Positions 1 to 10,175 of a stretch of DNA of 64,000 nt are shown here, piece by piece. The DNA comes from Deltaproteobacteria bacterium (GTDB lineage: Bacteria > Myxococcota_A > Polyangia > Fen-1088), in NCBI GenBank assembly GCA_033763315.1, contig JANRKS010000034.1, forward strand, positions 128,001 to 192,000, written 5' to 3'. Within the stretch, counting starts at the first letter, position 1; each line of letters opens with the position of its first letter. The notes beneath the pieces were generated by a model. The model saw only the letters and a list, made by a program, of their open reading frames with translations. It was not told the DNA's origin and did not search any database. Both the position numbers and the translations under genes were made by a program.

Positions 1-48
1 TGATTCCGTTCCCCCGCGCGCCGAAGCAAGCGGATTTTTAGGGCGCTT

Positions 49-2220
49 ATGTCACATCCCTTCGCGCTCTCTGATGAGTTGTTCTTAACCGCCTTCGCGC
101 AAACGCGCGCCTTCTTGCTGGGCCGCCCCGTGCGTCCCACCATTACCCCGGATGGCTCCGAAGTCCTGTTCTTGCGCAGCGGTCCGCGCTCTTCGCGCCA
201 CGATCTGTTTTCGTTGCACATCGCCACCGGCCAGGAGCGCCTAATCTGCACAGCCGCCGATCTGCAAGCACCCGAGACGCTAAGCACGGAAGAAAAAGCA
301 CGTCGCGAACGCCAACGCATCACCGACACGGGGCTTGTGGCTTATGAACTGTCACCGGATGGCCGCAGCGTTTTGTTGCCGCTCGCGGGCGTGCTGTACC
401 TGCTTGATCGCCAGGTCAAATCCATTCGCCGCGTTCTGCCCGAGTCACACCCGCCCGTGATGGACGCGCGCTTCACACCAGACGGTCACGGCGTGGCTTT
501 CGTGAGCGATCACAACTTGTACGTCGCAGAGCTGCCTCCAGATTCGAAGAACCCCGTAACCATCTGTGCTTTGACGACCGAGGGCTCGGCCGAGCGCTTC
601 TTCGGTATGGCCGAGTTCGTGGCACAAGAAGAGATGTCGCGCTTCGAGGGTTATTGGTTCTCACCTGACGGCACACGAGCGCTCGTGGCGGTTGTGGATG
701 AATCGGCTGTTGAAGCGTTTGCGATCGCGGATCCTGCGCGCCCTGAACGCACGCCGCATAGCTTTCGCTATCCTCGGCCCGGCAAAGCCAACGCTGACGT
801 GGGTTTGCAACTCATCTCCCGCCGCGCCACCGAACGAGCCATCTCCGTAGTTTGGGACAAGCACGCGTATCCATACCTAGCGCGCGTCTTATGGCAGTGC
901 CCCGACACGCCGCCCGCCTTGTGGGTGCAAAGCCGCGATCAACGTCGTGCCGCTCTGCTGTCGGTGGACGTGGCCACAGGCACAACGTCACCGCTGTTCG
1001 AGGAATATGACGAAGCCTGGATCAACCTCGACAACCAGCTGCCGCGCTTTTTGCCGCAACAACGCGGGCTTCTGCACGTCACTGAAGCACCAGGCGCACG
1101 TGAGCTGCAATTGCGATCACCACAAGGGGCCCTGATCCGCACACTCGTTCCTGCAGACGCGGGCTTTTTGCAGTTCGTGGGCGCCGACGTTCGCAATGAT
1201 CGCATCCTGGTTTTGTTGGGCGACGCACTTTACAGCCGCCCGGCCTGGGTGCCGCTTTCGTCGCAAGCTTCGTTTTCACCACGCTTGTTGCCTGCCGATC
1301 AGCAAACCGATCCAAGCGATCGAACAAGCTGCAGCTACTCCACCTCGGCAGGCCTGCTGGTGGAGACGCGCGTCTGCCCCACAACGTGGCCTACCATGCG
1401 CGTGTTAAACGCAGAAGGCGCGCTCAAATGCGTGGTGCCCGACACGGCAGAGGCCCCTCCTTTTTCGGTGAAGGTTGAACTCACGCAGGTGGCGACCGCG
1501 CAATTTCATGCGGCCATCGTACGCCCCCACAACTTTGACCCCACGCGCACCTACCCGGTGATTGTGCACGTGTATGGCGGGCCGCACGCGTTGCTCGTCA
1601 AAGCGGATCAACGTCAGTTTGTGTTTGATCAGTGGCTCGCAAACCAAGGCGCGATCGTCGTGGCGATCGATAACCGTGGGACGCCTCGTCGCGATCGCAC
1701 GTGGGAGCGTGGCATCAAAGGCGCCTTTGGCGATGTGCCGCTGCAAGATCAAGTGGAGGCGTTGCAAGCCCTCGCGGTTCGTGTTCCACAAATGGATCTG
1801 AACCGCGTCGGCATCTACGGTTGGTCGTTTGGTGGCTTCATGTCGGCTCTCGCGGCCCTGCGGCGCCCCGACATCTTCAAGGTGGCCGTGGCCGGGGCGC
1901 CCGTGGTCGATTGGTTGGATTACGACACCCACTACACCGAGCGGTATTTAGGTTTGCCCGAAGAAGCGCTTGAGGCTTACCGCGGCAGCAATCTTCTCAC
2001 TTTCGCTGAATCTCTCACAGTGCCGCTCCTCCTGATTCACGGCACCGCCGACGACAACGTGTACTTCTTCCATTCGCTCAAGCTGGCCGACGCCCTGCTG
2101 CGCGCCGGCCGCCCGTTCGACTTCCTGCCGCTGCCCGGCACGACACACCAGATCGGCGATGCGGTGGTGCGGGAGAGGTTGTGGGCGCACGTGGCGAAGT
2201 ACTTGTTCGACCGCCTTTAA
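49..2220 (+). CDS. S9 family dipeptidyl-peptidase IV-like serine peptidase
   Basis: DPPIV N-terminal propeller motifs (AEFVAQEEM, YPRPG), GWSFGG nucleophile elbow, HGTADDNV Asp and C-terminal His (GTTH). Confidence 0.92.
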   Translation: MSHPFALSDELFLTAFAQTRAFLLGRPVRPTITPDGSEVLFLRSGPRSSRHDLFSLHIATGQERLICTAADLQAPETLSTEEKARRERQRITDTGLVAYELSPDGRSVLLPLAGVLYLLDRQVKSIRRVLPESHPPVMDARFTPDGHGVAFVSDHNLYVAELPPDSKNPVTICALTTEGSAERFFGMAEFVAQEEMSRFEGYWFSPDGTRALVAVVDESAVEAFAIADPARPERTPHSFRYPRPGKANADVGLQLISRRATERAISVVWDKHAYPYLARVLWQCPDTPPALWVQSRDQRRAALLSVDVATGTTSPLFEEYDEAWINLDNQLPRFLPQQRGLLHVTEAPGARELQLRSPQGALIRTLVPADAGFLQFVGADVRNDRILVLLGDALYSRPAWVPLSSQASFSPRLLPADQQTDPSDRTSCSYSTSAGLLVETRVCPTTWPTMRVLNAEGALKCVVPDTAEAPPFSVKVELTQVATAQFHAAIVRPHNFDPTRTYPVIVHVYGGPHALLVKADQRQFVFDQWLANQGAIVVAIDNRGTPRRDRTWERGIKGAFGDVPLQDQVEALQALAVRVPQMDLNRVGIYGWSFGGFMSALAALRRPDIFKVAVAGAPVVDWLDYDTHYTERYLGLPEEALEAYRGSNLLTFAESLTVPLLLIHGTADDNVYFFHSLKLADALLRAGRPFDFLPLPGTTHQIGDAVVRERLWAHVAKYLFDRL

Positions 2221-2293
2221 CCCGAAATCCCGCAGGGGCTGGTTTTTCTTTTCCCGGGAGCGTGGAAGTCCGGTATTTTCCATCTCCCTCACG

Positions 2294-3475
2294 ATGTCTG
2301 CCCCACCCACTTTCGAACGCCTCGCACTCCTTCCTCCTTACGTTTTGGGCCGTGTTGACGAGTTGAAGAACCGTCTGCGCGCCGAAGGCCGTGAGATCTA
2401 TGACTTTGGCCTGGGCAACCCTGATGGCCCCAGCCCCAAGGCCGTGGTGGAACGGTTGCAGACGGAACTCGGCAAGCCCGGCTTTCAGCGCTACATGCCG
2501 TCCAAAGGCTTGCCTGAAACCCGCCAGGCGATTTGCCAGTGGTACCAGCGCCGCTACGGGCAAACGTTTAATCCGGAAACCGAGGCGGTCGTCACGATCG
2601 GCTCGAAAGAGGGCATCGGCCACTTGTTGTTGGCGATCGTGGGGCAGGGCGATTGCGTGTTGAGCCCCGACCCCGGTTATCCCATTCACCGCTTCGGTGT
2701 GTTGATAGCGGGCGGCGAACCTGTGCCGGTCAAGGTGGCCCCCGGTCTTGACCATTTTGCCGAGATTGAAGCCGCTTTGGCGCGTTCCCCGCGCAGGCCC
2801 AAGGGGCTCATCGTGAACTTTCCGCACAACCCCACAACGGCCGTTGCGGATCTTTCCTTCTATAAGAAGGTGGTGGCGCTGGCCCAACGCGAATCCCTTT
2901 GGGTTATTTCAGATCTGGCCTACGCTGACCTTACGTTTACCGGTCAGCAGTCGCCCAGCATCTTCGAGGTTCCAGGCGCCCGCGATCTGGCCATCGAGTT
3001 CTTCACCGTCTCGAAAAGCTATAATATGCCCGGTTGGCGCGTGGGTTTTGCCGTGGGCAATCCCACCTTGGTCGGCAGCGTCACCACCATGAAGGGCTAC
3101 ATGGATTACGGCATCTTCGCCCCCACCCAGCTCGCCGCCGCCACCGCCGTCACCCAGTGCGATGATGCGGTTCGCCAGATTTGCGACTTGTATAAGCACC
3201 GGGCCGCCAAGCTGGTGTCGTCCCTCAATGCTGCGGGTTGGCCGGTGCAGGCACCCGCCGCCACCATGTTCGTGTGGGCGCGCATCCCTGAGAAGTTCCA
3301 GGCCGCCGGCGCCGTGGCGTTTGCCTCAAAGCTGCTTGAAGAAGCCGGTGTGGCTGTGGCTCCGGGTGTGGGTTTCGGCCCGGGGGGCGAGGGCTACGTG
3401 CGATTCTCGCTCATCGAAAGCGACGCGCGGGTGGACGCCGCCTGCCAAGCTCTGGGCCGGTTTCTGTCCCAGTAA
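2294..3475 (+). CDS. PLP-dependent class I/II aminotransferase (AlaC / LL-DAP aminotransferase-like)
   Basis: GSKEG, NFPHNPT, DLAY and SKSYNMPGWRVG motifs; start moved to ATG 2294 (MSAPPTF). Confidence 0.88.
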   Translation: MSAPPTFERLALLPPYVLGRVDELKNRLRAEGREIYDFGLGNPDGPSPKAVVERLQTELGKPGFQRYMPSKGLPETRQAICQWYQRRYGQTFNPETEAVVTIGSKEGIGHLLLAIVGQGDCVLSPDPGYPIHRFGVLIAGGEPVPVKVAPGLDHFAEIEAALARSPRRPKGLIVNFPHNPTTAVADLSFYKKVVALAQRESLWVISDLAYADLTFTGQQSPSIFEVPGARDLAIEFFTVSKSYNMPGWRVGFAVGNPTLVGSVTTMKGYMDYGIFAPTQLAAATAVTQCDDAVRQICDLYKHRAAKLVSSLNAAGWPVQAPAATMFVWARIPEKFQAAGAVAFASKLLEEAGVAVAPGVGFGPGGEGYVRFSLIESDARVDAACQALGRFLSQ

Positions 3476-3538
3476 CGGGCCCCAGCGGCCCCGGCCGCGA
3501 AAACTAGCACTTTCGCCTCCTTCCACCAAAAGATCGGT

Positions 3539-3567
3539 TTGACAAGGCCGATAACCACGAGTAGAAA
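3539..3567 (+). promoter_or_regulatory. sigma70-type promoter of rplM-rpsI
   Basis: TTGACA-17 nt-TAGAAA, ending 9 nt before the rplM ATG. Confidence 0.6.
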
Positions 3568-3576
3568 ACGCACCCC

Positions 3577-4023
3577 ATGCCTTCAGCACCTGTGCTTCAC
3601 CGCAAAACCATCACGGCCGAGCCCCTTGACCGGGAATGGTACGTGGCCGACGTTAAGGGTCTTACCCTTGGCCGTGCAGCCACCAAAATTGCGGCCGTCC
3701 TTCGCGGCAAACACCGCGCCCGTTTCGTTCCCCACCAAGACGCAGGCGACTTCGTCGTCGTTGTGAATGCCGACCAAGTCAAGCTGACCGGCAACAAGTG
3801 GGACAACAAGACCTACTACGATCACACGCTCTTTCCCGGTGGCCTCAAGTCATACTCGGCCGCGCAATTGAACGAGCGTCGCCCCACCGATCTGGTTGAA
3901 CGCGCCGTTTGGGGCATGTTGCCCAAAGGCCCGCTTGGCCGTCGTATCTATAAGAAGCTGAAAGTCTATGCTGGTGCAGAACACCCGCACACGGCTCAGC
4001 AACCTAAGCCCCTCGCCCTTTAG
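3577..4023 (+). CDS. rplM: 50S ribosomal protein L13
   Basis: [45 protein letters not shown]. Confidence 0.98.
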   Translation: MPSAPVLHRKTITAEPLDREWYVADVKGLTLGRAATKIAAVLRGKHRARFVPHQDAGDFVVVVNADQVKLTGNKWDNKTYYDHTLFPGGLKSYSAAQLNERRPTDLVERAVWGMLPKGPLGRRIYKKLKVYAGAEHPHTAQQPKPLAL

Positions 4024-4044
4024 TGTTTTTGGAGCTCATTCACG

Positions 4045-4443
4045 ATGCCTGAGAAGCAGACCAATTATTACGCCACGGGCCGCCGCAAAGAAGCGGTTGC
4101 ACGCGTGTGGATCCAGCCCGGTGAAGGCAAGTTCGCCATTAACAACCGCTCGCTGGAGGAATACTTCGGTCGCGAGACGTCACGCATGGTGTTCCGCCAA
4201 GCGCTTGAGCTCACGGAAACGATCGGCCAGATGGATGTGGTTTGCTCTGTAAAGGGCGGCGGTCTTTCGGGTCAAGCGGCGGCGATTCGCCACGGCATCT
4301 CCCGCGCGCTCACACGCTTTAACCCTGAACTGCGTGGCACCCTCAAGAAGGCCGGCTACATGACCCGCGACGCTCGTAAGAAAGAGCGTAAGAAGTACGG
4401 TCAACCCGGCGCTCGTAAACGCTTCCAGTTCTCGAAGCGCTAG
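4045..4443 (+). CDS. rpsI: 30S ribosomal protein S9
   Basis: [24 protein letters not shown]-terminal [17 protein letters not shown]. Confidence 0.98.
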   Translation: MPEKQTNYYATGRRKEAVARVWIQPGEGKFAINNRSLEEYFGRETSRMVFRQALELTETIGQMDVVCSVKGGGLSGQAAAIRHGISRALTRFNPELRGTLKKAGYMTRDARKKERKKYGQPGARKRFQFSKR

Positions 4444-4470
4444 TCGCTCTCGAAACAACCAGCGGCAACG

Positions 4471-4502
4471 AACCCACCCTCACCGGTGGGTTTTTGCTTT
4501 TC
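4471..4502 (+). terminator. intrinsic terminator after rpsI
   Basis: AACCCACC-ctcacc-GGTGGGTT hairpin followed by T-rich tract. Confidence 0.8.
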
Positions 4503-4557
4503 GAACCAGGAAGCCAAGATCGAGTAGTTCGGCCGCCGTGACCGGCTCTGTGCAGGC

Positions 4558-6111
4558 TCAGTCTTCGCCTACGGCGTACACCACTTTGGTGTGCGACGCG
4601 CGGTCGTGAAGGGCTTGCCGGTTGTCGTCAAACAGCGCCAACACGAACCCGGCAAGCCAAGGTATCACCAACATGGCGTTCGGCAGCAATAAGCGGCGCA
4701 AGAGGGGCTGCGTGGCCTCTTCGAGCACGGGGATCTTCGTGACACCCACCATGGCCCCCAATTGATCCGTGGCGGCGCCCAATGACACCACGCCGCTGGC
4801 AGAGCCGATTTCGAGCGAAATCATCGCCCCCGCCATCAGTGGCGCCCAAAACTCCACTACAAAGCGAAGCAACAAGCGCGGCAACGTGACCGCGCGGTCG
4901 GTGCCTTGCAGCTTCAAACCCAACATGCGCTTGCCCACGGTGCGCTGCCAAAACCGGTGGCACACGATGTAGTACGTGCCGAGAAGTCCCAGTGCAGTCA
5001 GGCTGCCCGGTGAATCCGAAAGCTGCAGGGTGCTGGTGACGATCTCGCTGGCCACAGCCACCAGACCAAGGTCGATGGCCAGCGCCGTGGCGCGCGCAGG
5101 TAACCCGCCGGCCACAACGGGTTTGGGGCGCAAGGCCATCAATCGTTCCAACAACTCTTCGTAGGTCGCGGGCCGCTTGAACGGGTCCGGTTCGATCATT
5201 TCGGCCACCAAGCGGCGCAAGCGCCACGGCGCCAAATCCTCCGGTATCGGCGGTCGGGGTGCGGCCATGTGCTTGGCGAACAAATCGGTCATCGATTTGG
5301 CGTCGAACGGCGCGCGCCCCGTGAGGATCTCGTAAAACGCGATGCCCAAAGAATAGATATCGCTGCGGTGATCGGGCTTGCGGCCGTCGATGCGTTCCGG
5401 CGCCGCGTACCGAGGCGTGCCTGCGAAATGATCTTCGGTGCTGCCAATGGGCGCCGCCAAACCGAAGTCAGCGACTTTGATCTCCACCTTGCTTGAACGG
5501 TAAAGGCTGCCGTGGCTCAGGAGAATATTCGAGGGCTTCACATCTCGGTGCGAAATGCCGCGCAAATGCGCCGCGAACAATGCGCGCGCTGTTTGGATCA
5601 TGCACTCAAGCGCTTCACTCCACGGGATGGGCCCCGTTTTTTTCATGCGGTCTTCGAGCGTTTGCCCATTCACGAATTCCATCGCGAAGTAGGGCGCTCC
5701 GCGGTACCGGCCAACGTAATAAATCGCGACCACGTGGGGGTGCTGGATGCGGGCCTGGGCGCGCGCTTCCATGATCATGCGTTCCACGAGCTCCGGGTAA
5801 TCCGCCAGCTCTTCACGCATCACCTTGAGCGCCACGGGCCGCTCCAAGCTTAGATCGTGCGCCAGATACACGCGGCCCATGCCACCTTCGCCCAGCAGGC
5901 CGCGCACCTCGAAGTGGTCGATGACGCTGCCGATCAAGGGATCGTCGGCCGCCGGCAGCGCGCGCTCCACGGGCGGTCGATCCACCGTGTACGCGGTTCT
6001 GTTCGCGGCCATGGTGGTCTCCGGAATGGTGGCGCTCATATCGGTGCGGCCATGCCGTGGATTCCCCACGGCTACGGTTTCGCCCAACGCCTCCTGTTCA
6101 GACCACGGCAC
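4558..6111 (-). CDS. Ser/Thr protein kinase fused to a C-terminal RDD membrane domain
   Basis: GEGGMG, VALK, HRDVKPSN, DFG, GTPRYAAPE; RDD motifs RA.ALAID, TVGKR.LG and RQALHDR. Start uncertain (GTG 6111 or ATG 6039). Confidence 0.88.
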   Translation of the reverse strand: MPWSEQEALGETVAVGNPRHGRTDMSATIPETTMAANRTAYTVDRPPVERALPAADDPLIGSVIDHFEVRGLLGEGGMGRVYLAHDLSLERPVALKVMREELADYPELVERMIMEARAQARIQHPHVVAIYYVGRYRGAPYFAMEFVNGQTLEDRMKKTGPIPWSEALECMIQTARALFAAHLRGISHRDVKPSNILLSHGSLYRSSKVEIKVADFGLAAPIGSTEDHFAGTPRYAAPERIDGRKPDHRSDIYSLGIAFYEILTGRAPFDAKSMTDLFAKHMAAPRPPIPEDLAPWRLRRLVAEMIEPDPFKRPATYEELLERLMALRPKPVVAGGLPARATALAIDLGLVAVASEIVTSTLQLSDSPGSLTALGLLGTYYIVCHRFWQRTVGKRMLGLKLQGTDRAVTLPRLLLRFVVEFWAPLMAGAMISLEIGSASGVVSLGAATDQLGAMVGVTKIPVLEEATQPLLRRLLLPNAMLVIPWLAGFVLALFDDNRQALHDRASHTKVVYAVGED

Positions 6112-6154
6112 GCGGACATCATACATTGGAAGAGCCTTCGGTTAAACTGATGGG

Positions 6155-7615
6155 ATGAAAGCTTTTGCGGCGGGTACGAAGAACGCCCGCACGCGTTTTG
6201 TCCTGCCGTGGGGGCAACCGCGGGGTGCGCCGCGAGGCGCCCATAGGCGTCTTTCAAGACGTTTGGCATTCATCACACTTTTGCCCGTCACGCTGGGAAT
6301 TCTGCTGCTGGCGGTTTTTGCGGAACGCCGCGCCCATTCGCTCCTTGAAGACGAACTTGGGCGACGTTTGGCGCTTTCGGCCGTTGGCATCGCGCTGCAG
6401 GTCTTGCCTGAGCAAGTGATTGCATTGACAGAAGGCGAGGAGAACTCGCGAACTTTCGCCAATGTCCGGCACAAGTTGTTGTCTGGGCAAATGCGTTTCG
6501 GGCTGCGTCGCGTTTTGGTGTTGGCGCCGGATTTTACCGCGCGTGGCGATAGCTCAGGGCGCTTGCGGCTTGGTGCCAAGGCGTATGAAGTGACCGCGGA
6601 TGAGCCCGAGATCCGTGCGGCGCTCGCGGGGCAACCAACGGCGTCAATCTTATTCACGGGCCGCGATCGCCTTCCGTATAAGCGCGCGTACGCCGCCATC
6701 GGCGCACCGGCGGTAGGCGTTGTGATGGTGGAAGGCAACGCAACGTACTACGAGCCGTTGGTGCGCTTCCGCCGTTGGTTATTTGTGTGGGGCGGCTTTC
6801 TTCTTTTGGTCTTGGTGGTGGCGGTGGTGGTGATCGGCCAGCGCATCGTGGGCCCTGTGGGGCGTTTGGCCTTGGCGGCCGATCGCATCGGTGGTGGCGA
6901 ACTGTCGGCGCCGATCGCGATCGAAACCAAGGACGAGATCGGTTTGTTGGCCGAACGGTTCGAGCAGATGCGGCGGGCGTTGGCGGCGCGCGATGAACGC
7001 ATGCAAATGATGTTGGCTGGCATCGCACATGAGGTGCGCAACCCGCTGGGGGGCCTGGAATTGTTCGTGGGCCTTTTGCGCGAAGGGCTTGTGGACCAGC
7101 CGGAGCGCCTCGCAGAGGTCGCGAGCTTGCAGCGGGAGCTCACTTACCTGAACGCGGTGGTAAGCGAGTTTTTGGATTACGCACGGCGGCCGGTCTTATC
7201 GCTTGAGGAATTAAACGTGCGCGACGTCTTGCAAGATGTCGTGGCCGCGGCGGGCGCTACGCGTGACGTGGTGCAAGTGAACGGTGCTGCAGGATTGCTA
7301 GTGAAAGCCGATGCCGGGCAACTGCGCCGGGCGTTGCTGAACTTGTTGCGAAACGCTTTGCAGGTGGCGCCACAGGGGCCCGTGGTGCTGGCCGCGCGGC
7401 AGGAGAAGGATCACACAATCATTGAAGTGCGAGACGCCGGTCCGGGTGTGCCTGCCGAACTGCAGGAAAAGATCTTCACGCCGTTTTTTACCACGCGGCA
7501 AAAAGGCACCGGTTTGGGCCTGGCCTTTGCCAAAGAAATTGTAGCGGAGCACCATGGCTCGCTCACCGTTCATACGGCGCCCGAAGGCGGCGCCTGCTTT
7601 CGAATCACGCTATAA
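6155..7615 (+). CDS. membrane HAMP-domain sensor histidine kinase
   Basis: two TM segments, HAMP (DEIG.LA..F..M), H-box AHEVRNPL, NLLRNA, DAGPG, PFFTT, GTGLGL. Confidence 0.93.
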   Translation: MKAFAAGTKNARTRFVLPWGQPRGAPRGAHRRLSRRLAFITLLPVTLGILLLAVFAERRAHSLLEDELGRRLALSAVGIALQVLPEQVIALTEGEENSRTFANVRHKLLSGQMRFGLRRVLVLAPDFTARGDSSGRLRLGAKAYEVTADEPEIRAALAGQPTASILFTGRDRLPYKRAYAAIGAPAVGVVMVEGNATYYEPLVRFRRWLFVWGGFLLLVLVVAVVVIGQRIVGPVGRLALAADRIGGGELSAPIAIETKDEIGLLAERFEQMRRALAARDERMQMMLAGIAHEVRNPLGGLELFVGLLREGLVDQPERLAEVASLQRELTYLNAVVSEFLDYARRPVLSLEELNVRDVLQDVVAAAGATRDVVQVNGAAGLLVKADAGQLRRALLNLLRNALQVAPQGPVVLAARQEKDHTIIEVRDAGPGVPAELQEKIFTPFFTTRQKGTGLGLAFAKEIVAEHHGSLTVHTAPEGGACFRITL

Positions 7616-7637
7616 CCGCAACTGAGGTCGCACACGC

Positions 7638-9074
7638 ATGGCTCGCATCTTGATCATTGATGACAACGACACCATGAGAGAAGGCATGGCGGCCACCGTA
7701 CGGCGCTTGGGCCACGAGGTTGATGTGGCGCCCAGTGGCGTTGTCGGCGTCGCGAAACTGAAGAAGGCCCAGTTCGATCTTGTCATCACCGATCTTAAAA
7801 TGGATGGCATGACCGGTATGGCGGTGCTCGAGGCCGTGCGCGAGCTTGATGCGTCCATTCCCACGTTGATCGTCACAGCGTTCGGCACGGTTGAGGCCGC
7901 TGTGGAAGCCATGCGCTTGGGGGCGCTCGATTTTCTGCAAAAGCCGTTTGCCCCGGAGGTGTTGCGGCTCAAGGTGCAACGTGGGTTGGATGTGCGCCAA
8001 GAGCGTGTGGCGCGCGTGCGGGCTGAAGCCGAAGTGGAAGCCTTGCGCAGCGACGCCAATACAGCCTATGGGTTTGGCGAATTGGTTGGCCGCAGCCCGC
8101 TCATGCAAAACGTGTTTACGTTGATCGAGAAGGTGGCCGCGCGGGATGTGCCGGTTCACATTCACGGCGAATCAGGCACCGGCAAAGAACTGGTGGCGCG
8201 CGCGCTGCACGTGCGTTCACGTCGCAAGGATAAGCCATTCGTCAAAGTCAACTGCGGCGCGCTTGCCGAGACCTTGCTTGAATCCGAATTGTTTGGTCAC
8301 GAGAAGGGCTCGTTCACAGGCGCCGTCAAGCGCAAGCTTGGCCGATTCGAGTTGGCCCATGAAGGCACATTGTTCCTCGATGAAGTGGGCGATATGTCGC
8401 CTGGTCTGCAGGTCAAACTGCTGCGTGTTTTGCAAGAACAAGAGTTTGAGCGCGTGGGCGGCGAAGAAAGTGTGAAGGTTGACGTGCGCGTTATCTCAGC
8501 CACCCACCGCGATCTGAAAACCGAGGTTGAAGCCGGCCGCTTTCGTGAAGACTTGTATTACCGCATGCACGTGGTGGCGTGCGAGGTGCCAGCCCTGCGC
8601 GATCACCGTGAAGACATTCCCTTATTGGTGGAACACTTCGTGCGTAAGCAAGGCCCGCGGCTTAACCCGAAAATTACGTCGGTGGGTCCCGATGCTTTGG
8701 CACGCCTGTGCGGTTACAATTGGCCGGGCAATGTGAGGGAATTGGAGAACGCCATCGAACAAGCGTTGGTGTTTGCCGAAGGCACTGTCATCGAGGTGGA
8801 TGCCCTGCCGCCCGTTTTCCGCCAAACCTCGCCGAAGAATCTTTTGCCTTTGCCAGCAGGCGATCGCACGTTGCCCGAGATCTTGGAAGAGCTTGAACGC
8901 CAACTGATCTTGCGCGCCTACGATGAAACGAAGGGCGTCAAGACCGAGACCGCGCGCAAACTCGGGATCAAAACCAGCGCGCTTTACTACAAGCTTGAAA
9001 AATATGGCATCGGTGTGATTGCAGGGCGTGACGCTGAAGCGGCCGAGGCTGACGACGCCAAAGAGCCGCAATGA
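7638..9074 (+). CDS. sigma54-dependent response regulator (NtrC/AtoC family)
   Basis: receiver domain, [14 protein letters not shown] (GAFTGA loop), [16 protein letters not shown], Fis-type HTH. Confidence 0.95.
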   Translation: MARILIIDDNDTMREGMAATVRRLGHEVDVAPSGVVGVAKLKKAQFDLVITDLKMDGMTGMAVLEAVRELDASIPTLIVTAFGTVEAAVEAMRLGALDFLQKPFAPEVLRLKVQRGLDVRQERVARVRAEAEVEALRSDANTAYGFGELVGRSPLMQNVFTLIEKVAARDVPVHIHGESGTGKELVARALHVRSRRKDKPFVKVNCGALAETLLESELFGHEKGSFTGAVKRKLGRFELAHEGTLFLDEVGDMSPGLQVKLLRVLQEQEFERVGGEESVKVDVRVISATHRDLKTEVEAGRFREDLYYRMHVVACEVPALRDHREDIPLLVEHFVRKQGPRLNPKITSVGPDALARLCGYNWPGNVRELENAIEQALVFAEGTVIEVDALPPVFRQTSPKNLLPLPAGDRTLPEILEELERQLILRAYDETKGVKTETARKLGIKTSALYYKLEKYGIGVIAGRDAEAAEADDAKEPQ

Positions 9075-10090
9075 CCACGCTGCTTGTCTCAGATCCGGTG
9101 TTCATGCAGCACGATCCGGGCCCTGGCCACCCCGAGTCTGTCTACCGTCTGGCGCGCATCGATGAGCGCCTGCAACAAGCGCCCATCTCCGGTGTTGCGT
9201 TGGCAACGGCACGCGCCGCCACAGACGAAGAGTTGCTCCGCGTTCACAGCGCGGCTCACGTCGAGGCATTGCGCGCTTTGGACGGGCAAGACGTGGCGAT
9301 CGACGCCGACACGTTCCTCTCGCAAGGCAGCCATGGGGCCGCACGTGCGGCCGCAGGCGGCGCTGTCGAGGCGGTTCACAAGGTGTGGCGGCGAGAAGCG
9401 ACCAATGCCTTCGTCTTGTGTCGACCTCCGGGCCACCACGCTGAACGCGAACAAGCGATGGGGTTTTGCGTGTTTAATAACGTTGCGGTGGCCGCCGAAG
9501 CGGCGCTGGCGGAAGGCGCCAAGCGTGTGCTGATCCTCGATTGGGACGTTCATCATGGCAACGGCACGCAGCATACGTTCGAAGCACGCGACGACGTGAT
9601 GTTCATGTCGGCACACCAATACCCGATGTACCCCGGCACAGGCGCCCTGACAGACGTTGGCAAAGGCGCTGGGCGTGGCTTCACCGTCAACTGCGCGATG
9701 CCGCCGGGTCAAACAGACGCGGATTACGGCGCCGTGTTCGAGCGCCTGTTTTTGCCGGTGGCCGAGGCTTACGCGCCCGATATGATCTTGGTGTCAGCCG
9801 GCTTCGACGCCCACGCAGCCGATCCCCTCGGAGGCATGCGCGTGACGGAGCGGGGCTTCGCAGCGATGACCACAGCTGTGATGGAGCTTGCCGACCGCGT
9901 GGCCCATGGGCGCGTGGTTCTGCTGCTTGAGGGGGGCTACAACCTCACGGCATTGGCCAATAGCGTGCACGCCTGCACCCAGGTGCTCACGGGAGCGCGG
10001 CGCGAGTCCTTCCCGGATGGATCAGAGCGGGCCGCGCCCGCCGTAGCCGGCGCGCGGCAGGCGTTGGCTTTCGCATGGCCCGGGCTGTGA
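9071..10090 (+). CDS. histone deacetylase family (AcuC/AphA-like) amidohydrolase
   Basis: [36 protein letters not shown]; ATGA overlap with upstream gene. Confidence 0.95.
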   Translation: MTTLLVSDPVFMQHDPGPGHPESVYRLARIDERLQQAPISGVALATARAATDEELLRVHSAAHVEALRALDGQDVAIDADTFLSQGSHGAARAAAGGAVEAVHKVWRREATNAFVLCRPPGHHAEREQAMGFCVFNNVAVAAEAALAEGAKRVLILDWDVHHGNGTQHTFEARDDVMFMSAHQYPMYPGTGALTDVGKGAGRGFTVNCAMPPGQTDADYGAVFERLFLPVAEAYAPDMILVSAGFDAHAADPLGGMRVTERGFAAMTTAVMELADRVAHGRVVLLLEGGYNLTALANSVHACTQVLTGARRESFPDGSERAAPAVAGARQALAFAWPGL

Positions 10091-10175
10091 ACGAGACCGC
10101 CAGTCGCAAAAGCCGCGTGTGACAGAGTGCTTTCGGTGCGATAAACGGGACCCCGGGCACCTCGCCCCTTAGCCC

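Noticed and set aside
9071-10090. Deacetylase acting on the H1-like microprotein
   Set aside because: 28 kb apart, widespread family, no sequence evidence of linkage
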